From assembly GCA_964530965.1 (NCBI GenBank), contig CAZHCO010000052.1, forward strand, positions 1 through 63,733: a stretch of 63,733 nt of DNA, written 5' to 3'. How positions within the stretch are numbered: position 1 is the first letter of the stretch; every line of letters begins with the position of its first letter. Both the position numbers and the translations under genes were made by a program. The notes under the pieces were generated by a model. That model did not search any database, had not been told where the DNA came from, and worked only from the letters and a program-made list of their open reading frames with translations. Of the stretch, positions 38,932 through 48,285 are shown in pieces. The DNA is from an uncultured Aestuariivirga sp. (GTDB lineage Bacteria > Pseudomonadota > Alphaproteobacteria > Rhizobiales > Aestuariivirgaceae).

Positions 38932-39353
38932 CCGACAAGCTCACCATTGCCGATTATCCCCTGGCAGAAACCAGAAGCGACAAAATTCGTGGTCAGCGCG
39001 GCAAGTCCCTTGATGAAATTACTTTGGATGCCGTGATGGCGGGCAAGGTGACCATGGAGGATTTGCGCATCACGCCCCATGCGCTTGCCGACCAGGCTGA
39101 AATTTCCCGCGCCGCAAAGCGCCCAACCCTCGCGCTCAATTTTGAACGCGCCGCCGAATTGGTAAGCGTACCTCAGGATTTCATCATGAGCTCCTATGAG
39201 ATGCTTCGTCCCGGACGGGCGAAATCCAAGGAACAGTTGTTGGAAGTCGCAAAGACATTCCGCCAGACCTACAAGGCCGAGCGCATGGCAAGTTTCATCG
39301 AAGAAGCCGCCGATGTTTATGAACGCCGTGGCCTCTTCACTTATCGTTTTTAG
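38928..39353 (+). CDS. pduE: Diol dehydratase small (gamma) subunit
   Basis: DYPLAE, GK.LDEITL, DLRITP..L..QA, NFERAAEL..VP, LRP.R, FIEEAA.VYE.R. Confidence 0.92.
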   Translation: MTDKLTIADYPLAETRSDKIRGQRGKSLDEITLDAVMAGKVTMEDLRITPHALADQAEISRAAKRPTLALNFERAAELVSVPQDFIMSSYEMLRPGRAKSKEQLLEVAKTFRQTYKAERMASFIEEAADVYERRGLFTYRF

Positions 39354-39359
39354 GAACAC

Positions 39360-40058
39360 TTGATGTCTTGGAAAGCCAGCTATCGTTCAGTCTACTACGA
39401 AGGTGCACCAGAACCTGACGATCTTGTCCTGCCTGTCAAAGAGACAGCCCTTCTCGTCATCGATATTCAAAACACCTATCTGGAGCGACCCGACCGCGCC
39501 AAGCTCCCAAAGGCCGAACAGCACCGCTTTGACGCCTGGACACCTTTTCACGAGCGTATGCACAATCAGGTCATCCCCCGCACGGCTGCACTGCTGAAAC
39601 TGTGCCGCGCCAACGGCATCGAATGTCTCTTTGCCCGCATTGCAACCCACACGCTAGATGGCCGCGAGCGCTCGCTTTCCCAGAAAATGCCCGGCTGGAA
39701 CAACCTCCTGCTGCCGAAGTATGAAAAGCCGTCGCAACTGGTGGCGGAACTGGCCCCGGCGGGCGACGAAATCGTCGTGACCAAAACAACCGATTCAGCC
39801 CTAACCGGCACCAATTTGCGCCTTATCCTGCACAATCTTGGTATCAAGAACGTCATTTGCGCCGGCATCTTCACCGACCAATGCGTGTCCTCAACCGTGC
39901 GCAGCTTGGCCGACGAAAGTTATAATGTGGTTGTGGTGGAAGATTGCTGCGCCGCTGGGTCTGACTCCCTGCACCACAAGGAACTGGAAATCATCAACAT
40001 GATCTATTGCCACGTGGTTTCTAGCCAGGAACTCAAGACCATGATGCGGCTGGAGTAG
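39360..40058 (+). CDS. Isochorismatase-family cysteine hydrolase (amidase-like)
   Basis: Catalytic triad D (VIDIQN), K (VTKTTDSA), C (GIFTDQCV). Confidence 0.9.
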   Translation: MMSWKASYRSVYYEGAPEPDDLVLPVKETALLVIDIQNTYLERPDRAKLPKAEQHRFDAWTPFHERMHNQVIPRTAALLKLCRANGIECLFARIATHTLDGRERSLSQKMPGWNNLLLPKYEKPSQLVAELAPAGDEIVVTKTTDSALTGTNLRLILHNLGIKNVICAGIFTDQCVSSTVRSLADESYNVVVVEDCCAAGSDSLHHKELEIINMIYCHVVSSQELKTMMRLE

Positions 40059-40173
40059 CAGCCCAGCTGCGATTGGCTATTTACTCACGCGATAAAATTG
40101 TGCTCAATTTCCGCCAGAATTTGCCTGAAATGACCTAACCAATAAATCCAGAAAACAGAACAGGGAGAGAAAC

Positions 40174-41340
40174 ATGGCGAATAGCAGTAAGGTTTCACGC
40201 CGCAATTTCATGCAGCAATCGGCCCTTTGGGCCGCCGCCTTCGCCGGTGGCGGATCGCTGGTCCCGACCATGGCGTCAGCGGCACGCGAGAAAGAACTGA
40301 ACATCCTGTGCTGGGAAGGCTACAACTCCGCCCAGGTGCTCGACCCGTTCCGGTCCTCGACCGGCGCAACAGTAAAAGCTGAGTCCCTGACCAACGACCC
40401 GACAATGATCAACCGACTCCGTGCCGGTGAAACCAACGTCTGGGACCTGATCAACGTCAACAATCCCTGGGCCCGCAAGGTTATGGCTCCGGAAAAGCTG
40501 ATCAAGCCGCTGGATCGCGCCAAGTTCGAACCCTTCTTCGACAAGATGATGCCGGCCTTCAAGCCGCCCTATAAATGGGCCATGGACGACGCCGGCGTTG
40601 AGCTGCTCGGCATGTGCCAGCGCTTTGGGCCCTACAGTTTCGTAGTCAACACCAACAAGGTGAGCCGCGCTACCGCCGAGGACCAGGGCTGGAACCTGTG
40701 GAACGATCCGGCCAATGACAAGAAATATGGAATCCTCGAATCCGACGACTGGAACGTTTTCTGCATCTGCTGCATCGCCGGCTTCGATCCGTTCAAGGTT
40801 CACAGTGATGAGGAAGTAGAGAGGTTCACCGAGACGGCAAAGCGGGTATTCAAAGGCGCCAAGGTGGTAGGTGACATCGCCACGATGAACCAGTCGCTGA
40901 TCGCGGGTGAGATTGATTTCCACCTCACGGGCGGCACCTATTCTGCCTCGCCGGCGCGCGCCGATGGCCACCCCGAAATCCGCGGTGTGACGCCCAAGTC
41001 GGGACCGATGGCGGGTGGCAAGGGCGGAATATCGTGGATTGAAGTGACGTCGCAAGTGAACAATCCAAACCTTTCACCGCTCGCTTCACAGTTTCTCGAA
41101 TATGTGCAGGCGCCGGACGTGGCGCATACCGTTGCTTTCGCTGAAGGCACTTTCAATCCAGTGGCACAGATGGCCAATCCTGACTGCTTCAAGCTCTTTA
41201 CCAAGGAAGAGCTGGACGCGATCCAGTGGGACAGCCTTGATGAAGAGATGGCAGGCTCCATCGAGTACGACATTGTGCCCGATTACGACAAGCTGCTCGA
41301 CATCATGACGGCGGCCAAGCGCGAAGCCTCTGGCGGCTAG
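40174..41340 (+). CDS. ABC transporter substrate-binding protein, PotD/PotF-like, Tat signal
   Basis: SRRNFM twin-Arg signal; ELNILCWEGY; precedes a PotA/B/C-like set. Confidence 0.85.
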   Translation: MANSSKVSRRNFMQQSALWAAAFAGGGSLVPTMASAAREKELNILCWEGYNSAQVLDPFRSSTGATVKAESLTNDPTMINRLRAGETNVWDLINVNNPWARKVMAPEKLIKPLDRAKFEPFFDKMMPAFKPPYKWAMDDAGVELLGMCQRFGPYSFVVNTNKVSRATAEDQGWNLWNDPANDKKYGILESDDWNVFCICCIAGFDPFKVHSDEEVERFTETAKRVFKGAKVVGDIATMNQSLIAGEIDFHLTGGTYSASPARADGHPEIRGVTPKSGPMAGGKGGISWIEVTSQVNNPNLSPLASQFLEYVQAPDVAHTVAFAEGTFNPVAQMANPDCFKLFTKEELDAIQWDSLDEEMAGSIEYDIVPDYDKLLDIMTAAKREASGG

Positions 41341-41360
41341 GACAAGTACGCCTATAATAA

Positions 41361-41395
41361 CGGCAGCTCCTGCGAAAAAAAGCTGGGGGCTGCCG
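41361..41395 (+). other. Stem-loop after the binding-protein gene (mRNA stabiliser or partial terminator)
   Basis: CGGCAGCTCC...GGGGCTGCCG stem with one G-U pair, between the SBP and ATPase genes. Confidence 0.45.
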
Positions 41396-41424
41396 CATGG
41401 TTTTATCAGAGGCATTTCATAGAC

Positions 41425-42492
41425 ATGGCCGTACGCCCGACTATCCTTTCGCTCAAGTCTGTTTGCAAGATCTTCGGCACACTCGCCGCTGTCGACAGTA
41501 TTGATCTCGATATCGGGGAGGGTGAATTTTTCACCATCGTCGGCCCTTCAGGCTCCGGCAAGACAACACTTCTGCGAATGCTTGCGGGCATGGAGCAACC
41601 CACGAGTGGCGACATCTTGCTGCGCGGCGAGCGCATCAACGATCTGCCCGCCAACCGGCGGCCCACTTGCATGGTGTTCCAATCCCTCGCCCTGTTTCCG
41701 CATCGCACAGTTGGAGAGAACATAGAATTTTCGTTGAAGATTAGAGGCGAGGCAAAGGACAAGCGCAAGGTTCGGGCACTTGAATTGATGGATCTTTTGC
41801 GGTTGCCACAGGCCTACTACGGCAAAAACGTGATGAAGTGTTCTGGCGGCGAGCGCCAGCGCGTAGCACTGGCTCGGGCCCTTGCCTACGATCCACAGAT
41901 TCTGTTCTTCGATGAGCCTCTGTCGGCAATCGACTACAAGCTGCGCAAGACGCTGGAAAAGGAACTAAAGGACATTCACCGCGAGACGAAGAAGACCTTC
42001 GTCTACATCACCCATTCGCTGGAAGAGGCGATGGTGATGAGCGATAGAATTGGCGTGATGCGCGATGGCAAGCTCGTGCAGGTGGGCAGCCCCCATGAAA
42101 TCTACAGTTCGCCCACCACGCGCTTTGTGTCAGAGTTCATTGGCGACGTGAATGTCATTTCCGTCGAATTGGCCGCCGGCGGCCTGCTCAAATCCGCAAC
42201 AGTCAAAGGCCCGTTGAAAGGCCCTGCTTTGCCGAAAGGTTTCACCTCCGGCCACCTCGTGATCCGACCCGAATTCCTGCGCTTCATCGGCAAGGCCTCC
42301 GAGGCGGATAATTCGGTATCAGGCCGCCTCTATAATGAATATGCCCTGGGTTCGCGCATTCAATACCAAGTGCGCGTTGGCGAACGGGTCTTCATCGTGG
42401 AAAAACTGCGCCAGCAGATGTTCACCGGTAAGCTCGATGACGAAGTCCGCATCGGCTGGGATGCTAAGGACAGCATTCTGGTGACCGACTGA
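41425..42492 (+). CDS. ABC transporter ATP-binding protein (PotA-like)
   Basis: Walker A GPSGSGKT, signature CSGGERQR, Walker B LFFDEP, H-loop ITHS, TOBE-like C-terminus. Confidence 0.93.
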   Translation: MAVRPTILSLKSVCKIFGTLAAVDSIDLDIGEGEFFTIVGPSGSGKTTLLRMLAGMEQPTSGDILLRGERINDLPANRRPTCMVFQSLALFPHRTVGENIEFSLKIRGEAKDKRKVRALELMDLLRLPQAYYGKNVMKCSGGERQRVALARALAYDPQILFFDEPLSAIDYKLRKTLEKELKDIHRETKKTFVYITHSLEEAMVMSDRIGVMRDGKLVQVGSPHEIYSSPTTRFVSEFIGDVNVISVELAAGGLLKSATVKGPLKGPALPKGFTSGHLVIRPEFLRFIGKASEADNSVSGRLYNEYALGSRIQYQVRVGERVFIVEKLRQQMFTGKLDDEVRIGWDAKDSILVTD

Positions 42493-43346
42493 TGCGCAGG
42501 CTTTCGCAATTGGGGCAGGGAGAGAAGGCGGCGATTCCCTTATTGCTGTTCCTTCTGATTGGCTTCGCGGCACCACTGCTGGCCGTCATCTGGTTCAGCT
42601 TCATGCCGGCCCGCACGTTCTCCCTGTTTGCGGCACCGGGAACCGGGAATTACACCACGATCTTCGAAAGCACGAGCTACATTTCCTTCCTCTGGTCGCT
42701 CGCTCTGGCGGCTATCACCGTCATCCTGCTGGCCTTCATCTGTTATCCTGTTGCCTATGGCCTCGTACGGGTGTTTGGCAAATGGGCGATGCTGCTGACC
42801 CTGATGTTCACCATTCCGCTGTTTGTCTCCGAGAACATCCGTCTCTATGGCTGGGTACTGTTCCTCATCAAGAACGGCGTGCTGCTCGGCTCGCTCAAAT
42901 CCATGTTCGGCATGGAGTTTGAAAGCATCCTGTTCACCCGCACTGCGATCCTGCTTGGCATGGTCTATGTCTATTTACCTTTCATGCTGTTTCCCCTGAC
43001 ACTCGGCATCAGCATGGTTCCAAGCGAGACCCGCGACGCCGCCTTCGATCTCGGCGCTTCACGCTGGCAGGTGTTCAAGGAGATTGAGTTGCCGCTGTCC
43101 ATGCCGGGCATCGTCATTGGCTTCCTGCTGACCTTCGTTCTCGCGGTGGGTGCCATTGCCGAAGCGAAGGTCATGGGCGGGCAACGGATCATTCCCATCA
43201 CCCATGATATCGAGATTGCCTTCACCTATGCGCAGAACTGGCCGCTGGGTGCCGCACTTGCTGTATTGCTCATGCTGGTGGTCGGCGTACTCGTCCTGCT
43301 GGCCCTCCGCCGTTTTGACCTTGATCGCTTCCTGGGGCGGAAATAA
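42492..43346 (+). CDS. ABC transporter permease (PotB-like)
   Basis: YP.AY, R.YGW, Y.YLPFM..P, AAFDLGAS EAA loop, NWPLGAAL. Confidence 0.9.
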   Translation: MRRLSQLGQGEKAAIPLLLFLLIGFAAPLLAVIWFSFMPARTFSLFAAPGTGNYTTIFESTSYISFLWSLALAAITVILLAFICYPVAYGLVRVFGKWAMLLTLMFTIPLFVSENIRLYGWVLFLIKNGVLLGSLKSMFGMEFESILFTRTAILLGMVYVYLPFMLFPLTLGISMVPSETRDAAFDLGASRWQVFKEIELPLSMPGIVIGFLLTFVLAVGAIAEAKVMGGQRIIPITHDIEIAFTYAQNWPLGAALAVLLMLVVGVLVLLALRRFDLDRFLGRK

Positions 43347-43349
43347 CCC

Positions 43350-44162
43350 ATGGAAACAAAAGGCCAGCGCGTCCGCCACGCCCTCATCACCGCCTGGACC
43401 CTAGCGGTGATCGTATTCCTCTATCTGCCAACCGTGTGCATCACCATCGCCTCGTTCACCGCCAGCCGCTATTTCCAGTTTCCGGTGGCGAAATTCGGCC
43501 TCGACTGGTGGCAGAAGACCTTCAACTCAATTGAGATCAGGCAATTGCTATCAACCTCAATCAGCATCGCCCTGTGTGTGACCGTTATTGCCGTGACACT
43601 TGCCTTCTTCGGTGCGCTCGCCTTTGCGCGCTACGACTGGAAGGGGCGGTCGATTTACCAGAAGCTTATCCTGCTGCCGATCTTCTTTCCGCAGTCGGTA
43701 CTGGGTCTTGCCCTGCTGCTTTGGTTCAACATGCTGGGACTGCAACTCTCCTGGATGACCGCGGTCTTCGCCCATCTCGTCTGGATTGTACCCGTAGTCA
43801 CCCTCGTCATCGCCATTCAAGTCTACAGTTTCGATCCGGCGCTCGAAGAGGCGGCCTTCGATCTTGGGGCAACGCGCTGGCAGGTGCTGAAGGAAGTGAC
43901 CCTGCCAGTATTGTTCCCAGGCTTGTTCTCGGGCGCACTTTTTGCCTTTCTCTTGTCCTGGGGAAATTTCCCCCTGTCGCTCTACACAACAGGCGCCGAT
44001 ACGACCGTGCCCGAGTATCTCTATGCCAAAATGGTTGCAGGTTATACGCCGGGTGTGCCCGTCCTCGGCACCGTGTCCACCATCGGCGCAGCATTCCTGC
44101 TGATCGGCGGCTATGGACTCATCCTCGCCACGCGTCACGCGCGCCATTCCGCCTCAAAGTAG
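43350..44162 (+). CDS. ABC transporter permease (PotC-like)
   Basis: FLYLP.....ASF, LEEAAFDLGA EAA loop, P.L.PG..SG..FAF..S. Confidence 0.9.
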   Translation: METKGQRVRHALITAWTLAVIVFLYLPTVCITIASFTASRYFQFPVAKFGLDWWQKTFNSIEIRQLLSTSISIALCVTVIAVTLAFFGALAFARYDWKGRSIYQKLILLPIFFPQSVLGLALLLWFNMLGLQLSWMTAVFAHLVWIVPVVTLVIAIQVYSFDPALEEAAFDLGATRWQVLKEVTLPVLFPGLFSGALFAFLLSWGNFPLSLYTTGADTTVPEYLYAKMVAGYTPGVPVLGTVSTIGAAFLLIGGYGLILATRHARHSASK

Positions 44163-44178
44163 CAAGGGAGAAGTTACA

Positions 44179-44949
44179 ATGTCCGCATCGCTCAAAGGCC
44201 GTTCCGTTATTGTAACCGGAGGTTCCAAAGGCATTGGCAAGGGCATCGCTCGCGTGTTTGCGGGCGCGGGCGCCATAGTCGCAATAATAGCGCGTCATGC
44301 TGATCAAGCAGAAAAGGCGGCAAAGGAAATTGGCCATGGAGCTTTTGGCGTGACCGGTGATGTTACATCACTCGGCAGCATGGAAGCGGCCATGAAATCC
44401 ATAGCCGGAAAAAATGGTGGCATCGACGTTCTCTGCGCCAACGCCGGAATCTTTCCGCCGGCAAGGCTGGAAGACATGACATCGGAACAATGGGACGAGG
44501 TTATTGACACCAATCTCAAGGGCACCTTTCACGCCATCAAGGCAGCCATTCCCTATCTCAAGAAATCCGATCAGGGGCGAATCGTCATTACCTCATCCAT
44601 TACCGGACCAATCACCGGCTTTCCCGGTTGGACCCATTACGGCGCCTCGAAGGCAGGCCAATTGGGATTCATGCGTACCGCCTGTATTGAATTGGCAAAA
44701 TACGGCATCACCGTGAATGCCGTGATGCCCGGCAACATCGTCACCGAAGGCTTGGCTGGCATGGGCGAGGAGTATCAGAAATCCATGGCGGCTTCAGTGC
44801 CCCTGAAACGCTTGGGCAGTGTTGAAGACATTGGTTACGCCGCACTCTACTTCGCCTCGAAGGAAGCGGCCTATGTGACGGGGCAAACCATCATTGTCGA
44901 CGGCGGGCAGATCCTGCCGGAGAGCCTGGATGCGCTGGCGCAGGCCTGA
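44179..44949 (+). CDS. Short-chain dehydrogenase, 1-amino-2-propanol dehydrogenase/aminoacetone reductase-like
   Basis: TGGSKGIG, CANAGIFP, TSSITGPITGFPGWTHYGASK (YxxxK), PGNI.TEGL, DGGQ.LPES, recalled as features of the RMM-locus SDR. Confidence 0.8.
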   Translation: MSASLKGRSVIVTGGSKGIGKGIARVFAGAGAIVAIIARHADQAEKAAKEIGHGAFGVTGDVTSLGSMEAAMKSIAGKNGGIDVLCANAGIFPPARLEDMTSEQWDEVIDTNLKGTFHAIKAAIPYLKKSDQGRIVITSSITGPITGFPGWTHYGASKAGQLGFMRTACIELAKYGITVNAVMPGNIVTEGLAGMGEEYQKSMAASVPLKRLGSVEDIGYAALYFASKEAAYVTGQTIIVDGGQILPESLDALAQA

Positions 44950-45040
44950 TGCTTCGAGGCTCGCTGCGCTCGCACCTCAGCATGAGGGTGATTTAATATC
45001 CTCACCCTGAGGTGCCCGGCGTAGCCGGGCCTCGAAGGGC
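44950..45040. repeat. Palindromic REP/RPE-like element (same family as the ileS insert)
   Basis: CTTCGAGGC...GCACCTCAG..TGAGG / CCTCA..CTGAGGTGC...GCCTCGAAG inverted arms between convergent operons. Confidence 0.85.
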
Positions 45041-45044
45041 CCGT

Positions 45045-46055
45045 TCAGCTAAACTTCTTCAAGTATTCCTCGCACAATCCCGTCGTACCTTCCGTATAAG
45101 GAAGGCCCATGGATTTTGCCAGGTCGGTTTCGGAATGCGAGCCGATCCACGCCACCAGCAAAAGCCGGCGGAGCATGACGAAAGTTGGAATCTCGGCTTC
45201 ATCGGCTTTGGGAAGTTCGATCACGCGGCAGTAGCCCGTCTTCCAGGAATCAATCAGCTTGGGCACCTGCGGTTCATGCTCATAAAAAGAAACCGGTGTC
45301 GCCGCGTCGTACATGTACCAGCCAAAGCCACAGTCATCGAAATCGATGACTTTGACTTGCCCTTTGTCAATCAGGAGATTGGCCAGCCGCAGATCGCAAT
45401 GAATGAGGCCGAAGCATTCATTATCCTGCCCATAGACTTTCAGGCGTTTGCCGATGAGATCAACTGTTCGGCCAAAGTGCTTCGCCTTTGTGGCATCGAT
45501 CCCCATGCCATCGCGCCAGCGTCCCCAGTGTGGCTTGGCTTCACCAAGGCTGGTCTCAAAATCCCACGTGTGCCGCTGAAACCAAGGGGGTCGCTTCCAT
45601 TGCCGTGCATGCAGATGCATGCGAGCTGTGACTTCGCCAAGAACTTCAAAGGGCTTTGACAGGTCTTCGCCGATACCAGGTTCCGAGCCCGTTTCCCAAT
45701 CAGACAGGACAACATGGCGTGGTCGCTTCATCAGCGGGTGGGAAACCAGTTGAATGAGTTCGCCATCGCGCCCCTTCACGGGGCGCGGTGTGACAACTAC
45801 TCCCGTGTTTCGCAAATCCATGAGCCATGCGAGTTCCGAAGCAATTGCAGTTTTTGAATGATAGCCATCCCGGTGAACACGCAGGGCCCAGCGCTGGCCA
45901 TTCGGCGCTTCGACCTTGTAGGTGGCATTCTCCGAGAGGTTGATCATCTCGACGGCCAGATGATCCGGCAGCGCATAGTTTTCTGTCGCGGCCCGCGCCA
46001 GTTCCAGCAGCGCCTTCAGTTGCTCTTCATGGGGCAAATGATCGAAGTCCGTCAC
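45045..46055 (-). CDS. APH-family phosphotransferase (aminopropanol kinase-like)
   Basis: SENATY, ALRVHR, Brenner motif IHCDLRLANLL, IDFDDCGFGW..YD; last gene of the BMC operon. Confidence 0.85.
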   Translation of the reverse strand: MTDFDHLPHEEQLKALLELARAATENYALPDHLAVEMINLSENATYKVEAPNGQRWALRVHRDGYHSKTAIASELAWLMDLRNTGVVVTPRPVKGRDGELIQLVSHPLMKRPRHVVLSDWETGSEPGIGEDLSKPFEVLGEVTARMHLHARQWKRPPWFQRHTWDFETSLGEAKPHWGRWRDGMGIDATKAKHFGRTVDLIGKRLKVYGQDNECFGLIHCDLRLANLLIDKGQVKVIDFDDCGFGWYMYDAATPVSFYEHEPQVPKLIDSWKTGYCRVIELPKADEAEIPTFVMLRRLLLVAWIGSHSETDLAKSMGLPYTEGTTGLCEEYLKKFS

Positions 46056-46067
46056 GCAATCTGTCCC

Positions 46068-46721
46068 CTAACCGTCCCGTCCCTCGATTGATGCCAGAAC
46101 CTCTTCAATCCGCGCAAGGCCCCGCTGCACATTTTTCGTGGTGCCAGACATGTAGAGCCGCCCCGCCGCGCCGATCATCTGCACATCCACAAGGGTGAGC
46201 CCCGGTGCAGCCTTTTCAGCCTCATTGGCCGCAATAGCCGCATAGAGGGCAGGGACCATTTCACAGATCAGCAGGGTTTCACCGGGCAGGATCATGGAAG
46301 CTTGCCGGTTGCGATTGATGATGACGGCGTGCTGGTCCGCCACATCCTCAATGACATCCGTATACAAAATCTTGGGCTTCAGCTGTTCGCCCGCATTGAG
46401 GCCGAGGCCCTTCAGCATCGTATCACCCGCCAGCAGCAGGTTCTCCTTGTCGCTGCCGTGGATTTCAAGAATGCCGAACTGCCGCTCCACGAACAGGATG
46501 CCGGGTTCCAGATCTGGATCAGCCTTGAGGGCCAGATCAATCACCCGCTCGATCATCAGGCCGGGAGCGACTTCAATGATCAGCGCATGCTGGCCCGCAT
46601 AGGGCGGATAGCCGCGCGCCCGGGTGGGCGTGCCGAGATAGGCGGCAAATTGCGGCTGCAGGCTTTCAAGAGTGAGAAAGACCCGCAAGTCGCCCTTGGC
46701 GGGCTTGCGCTCGGGAACCAC
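46068..46721 (-). CDS. BMC tandem-domain shell protein (BMC-T)
   Basis: LR.F..LE.LQPQ.AAY.G, IEVAPG..IE, VERQFG.LE.H, AANEAEKAA, IGAAGRLY.SG. Confidence 0.92.
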   Translation of the reverse strand: MVPERKPAKGDLRVFLTLESLQPQFAAYLGTPTRARGYPPYAGQHALIIEVAPGLMIERVIDLALKADPDLEPGILFVERQFGILEIHGSDKENLLLAGDTMLKGLGLNAGEQLKPKILYTDVIEDVADQHAVIINRNRQASMILPGETLLICEMVPALYAAIAANEAEKAAPGLTLVDVQMIGAAGRLYMSGTTKNVQRGLARIEEVLASIEGRDG

Positions 46722-46736
46722 GTTTCAGGCCTGTCT

Positions 46737-47021
46737 TTACTTGGCGGTGCCGGAGGTAAAGTGCTTGGAAACGTCGGCGTGCGGACGCGGGATTACATGA
46801 ACCGAAACCAGCGTGCCAACTTGGCCCGCCACTTCGGCTCCTGCTTCGGTGGCAGCTTTCACCGCGCCAACATCGCCATTGATGATGACGGCAACCAGGC
46901 CATCGCCCACTTCTTCGCGGCCGATGATCGTGACATTTGCAGCCTTGACCATCGCATCTGCGGCGGCAAGGGCGGCCACGTAGCCTCTGGTCTCAACCAT
47001 TCCAATTGCATTGCTCGACAT
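46737..47021 (-). CDS. BMC hexamer shell protein (BMC-H)
   Basis: AIGMVETRG...A..AADAMVKAANV, G.GLV, GDVGAVKAA, HVIPRPH. Confidence 0.97.
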   Translation of the reverse strand: MSSNAIGMVETRGYVAALAAADAMVKAANVTIIGREEVGDGLVAVIINGDVGAVKAATEAGAEVAGQVGTLVSVHVIPRPHADVSKHFTSGTAK

Positions 47022-47048
47022 GTTCTTCTCCTGTGGTTACGTGTTTCG

Positions 47049-47306
47049 TTACTTCTTCTTTTCCGAGGACTCATCGATGGAGCCGATAATCAGCGCATCG
47101 ACGGGTGGTGCCTTGCCCGGAAACCATGCGGCGGCAACGGAACCCGTTGCCACCATGACCCTTTCGCCATCGCCGCATCCCAGCGGGTCGAAAGCGAGGA
47201 GCTTCGTTGACGAGTCGTCGACCTGGACCTCAAGAATGGATCCGGTTGGAACCTCGCCAAGTTTCTTCGTGGACCAGATGCGGCCCGTGACCGTTGCCTT
47301 GAGCAT
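47049..47306 (-). CDS. BMC vertex pentamer (EutN/CcmL family)
   Basis: A.V.G.IWSTKK, AFDPLGCG.GE.V.V..GS.A, PVDA.IIG.ID. Confidence 0.95.
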   Translation of the reverse strand: MLKATVTGRIWSTKKLGEVPTGSILEVQVDDSSTKLLAFDPLGCGDGERVMVATGSVAAAWFPGKAPPVDALIIGSIDESSEKKK

Positions 47307-47686
47307 CAGCGTCTCCTTTCAATTTTCAGACCAAGTTTGCGGGCCCTGTCTCGGGCCAGCGGCGTAAGAACGGCAGTGGGACCCAGAATGAGCGTGCCCA
47401 TTGTTGCCAGACTTGAAATTTTTTGCTCGGAGATGACACCTTCCAGAACATCACCTGTGCTTGTGAAAACAGGTGCGGCCTGCGCAAGTGTGAAGCGCAG
47501 TTTCCCGGCGCGAACGGATTCAATGACACCGGGGCTCGAAAGGCGGGCGATAAAGGTTCGTAGTTCCGCGTCGGTACCGATGCGAACGCTTTCAGTGCCT
47601 TGTTTTGGTGCAGCACGATTGGCCATGGCTTCCTTGAGTACTTCCCGCACCAGGCCACGCAGTTCTTGTGAGGTTTCAGGTTTCAT
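47306..47686 (-). CDS. BMC-locus hypothetical protein
   Basis: Overlaps both neighbouring shell genes; N-terminal amphipathic helix ELRGLVREVLKE; C-terminal AVLTPLARDRAR motif. Confidence 0.8.
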   Translation of the reverse strand: MKPETSQELRGLVREVLKEAMANRAAPKQGTESVRIGTDAELRTFIARLSSPGVIESVRAGKLRFTLAQAAPVFTSTGDVLEGVISEQKISSLATMGTLILGPTAVLTPLARDRARKLGLKIERRR

Positions 47687-48282
47687 AATTCCAAGGCCTG
47701 TTCAGCGGCACCGGCCGCAGCTTTCACTTCTGATTCTGTGCCTGAGAGGTAAAGCCGGCCCGTGGCCCCGATCATGCGGTAGTCAACGATCTTGATATTG
47801 GCAGCTTTTTCCGCCGCATTGGAAGCCAGAATGGCATAGGCCGCCGGCTCCGTTTCCAGAACGAACAGCGTTTCACCGGCCAGGATCATTGAGCCCCCTT
47901 TGTTGCGGTTGATCAGGAAAGCGTGATTGGGATCAATCCGCGTGATGATTTTTGACGCCAGGATTTTGGGCGGCATGGCGTCGGAAGAATTCTTGCCCAG
48001 CGCCGCAAGTACCGCCTCAGCCGAAGCCTTCACCGCTGCAATATCGCGGGAATGGATTTCGAGATAGCCGAACTGCCGCTCCACCACCAGGATGCCGCCC
48101 TGCACGTCGGCTTCCTTCAAGGCGATGTCGGTCAGGGCCTCGATATCGAGTCCCGGAGCCACTTCAATAATTTGCGCCGCCATATTCCGGCGCGGCAGCG
48201 AACCTTTGATCCACGTACCCAGATAACACATGGTCTGCGGCTGCAGCTGATCAAGGAAGATGAATGAGCGAAGCGTTGCCAT
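47683..48282 (-). CDS. BMC tandem-domain shell protein (BMC-T)
   Basis: LRSFIFLDQLQPQ, IEVAPGLDIE, VERQFGYLE.H, IGATGRLY.SG; paralog of 46068-46721. Confidence 0.92.
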   Translation of the reverse strand: MATLRSFIFLDQLQPQTMCYLGTWIKGSLPRRNMAAQIIEVAPGLDIEALTDIALKEADVQGGILVVERQFGYLEIHSRDIAAVKASAEAVLAALGKNSSDAMPPKILASKIITRIDPNHAFLINRNKGGSMILAGETLFVLETEPAAYAILASNAAEKAANIKIVDYRMIGATGRLYLSGTESEVKAAAGAAEQALEL

Positions 48283-48285
48283 GTC

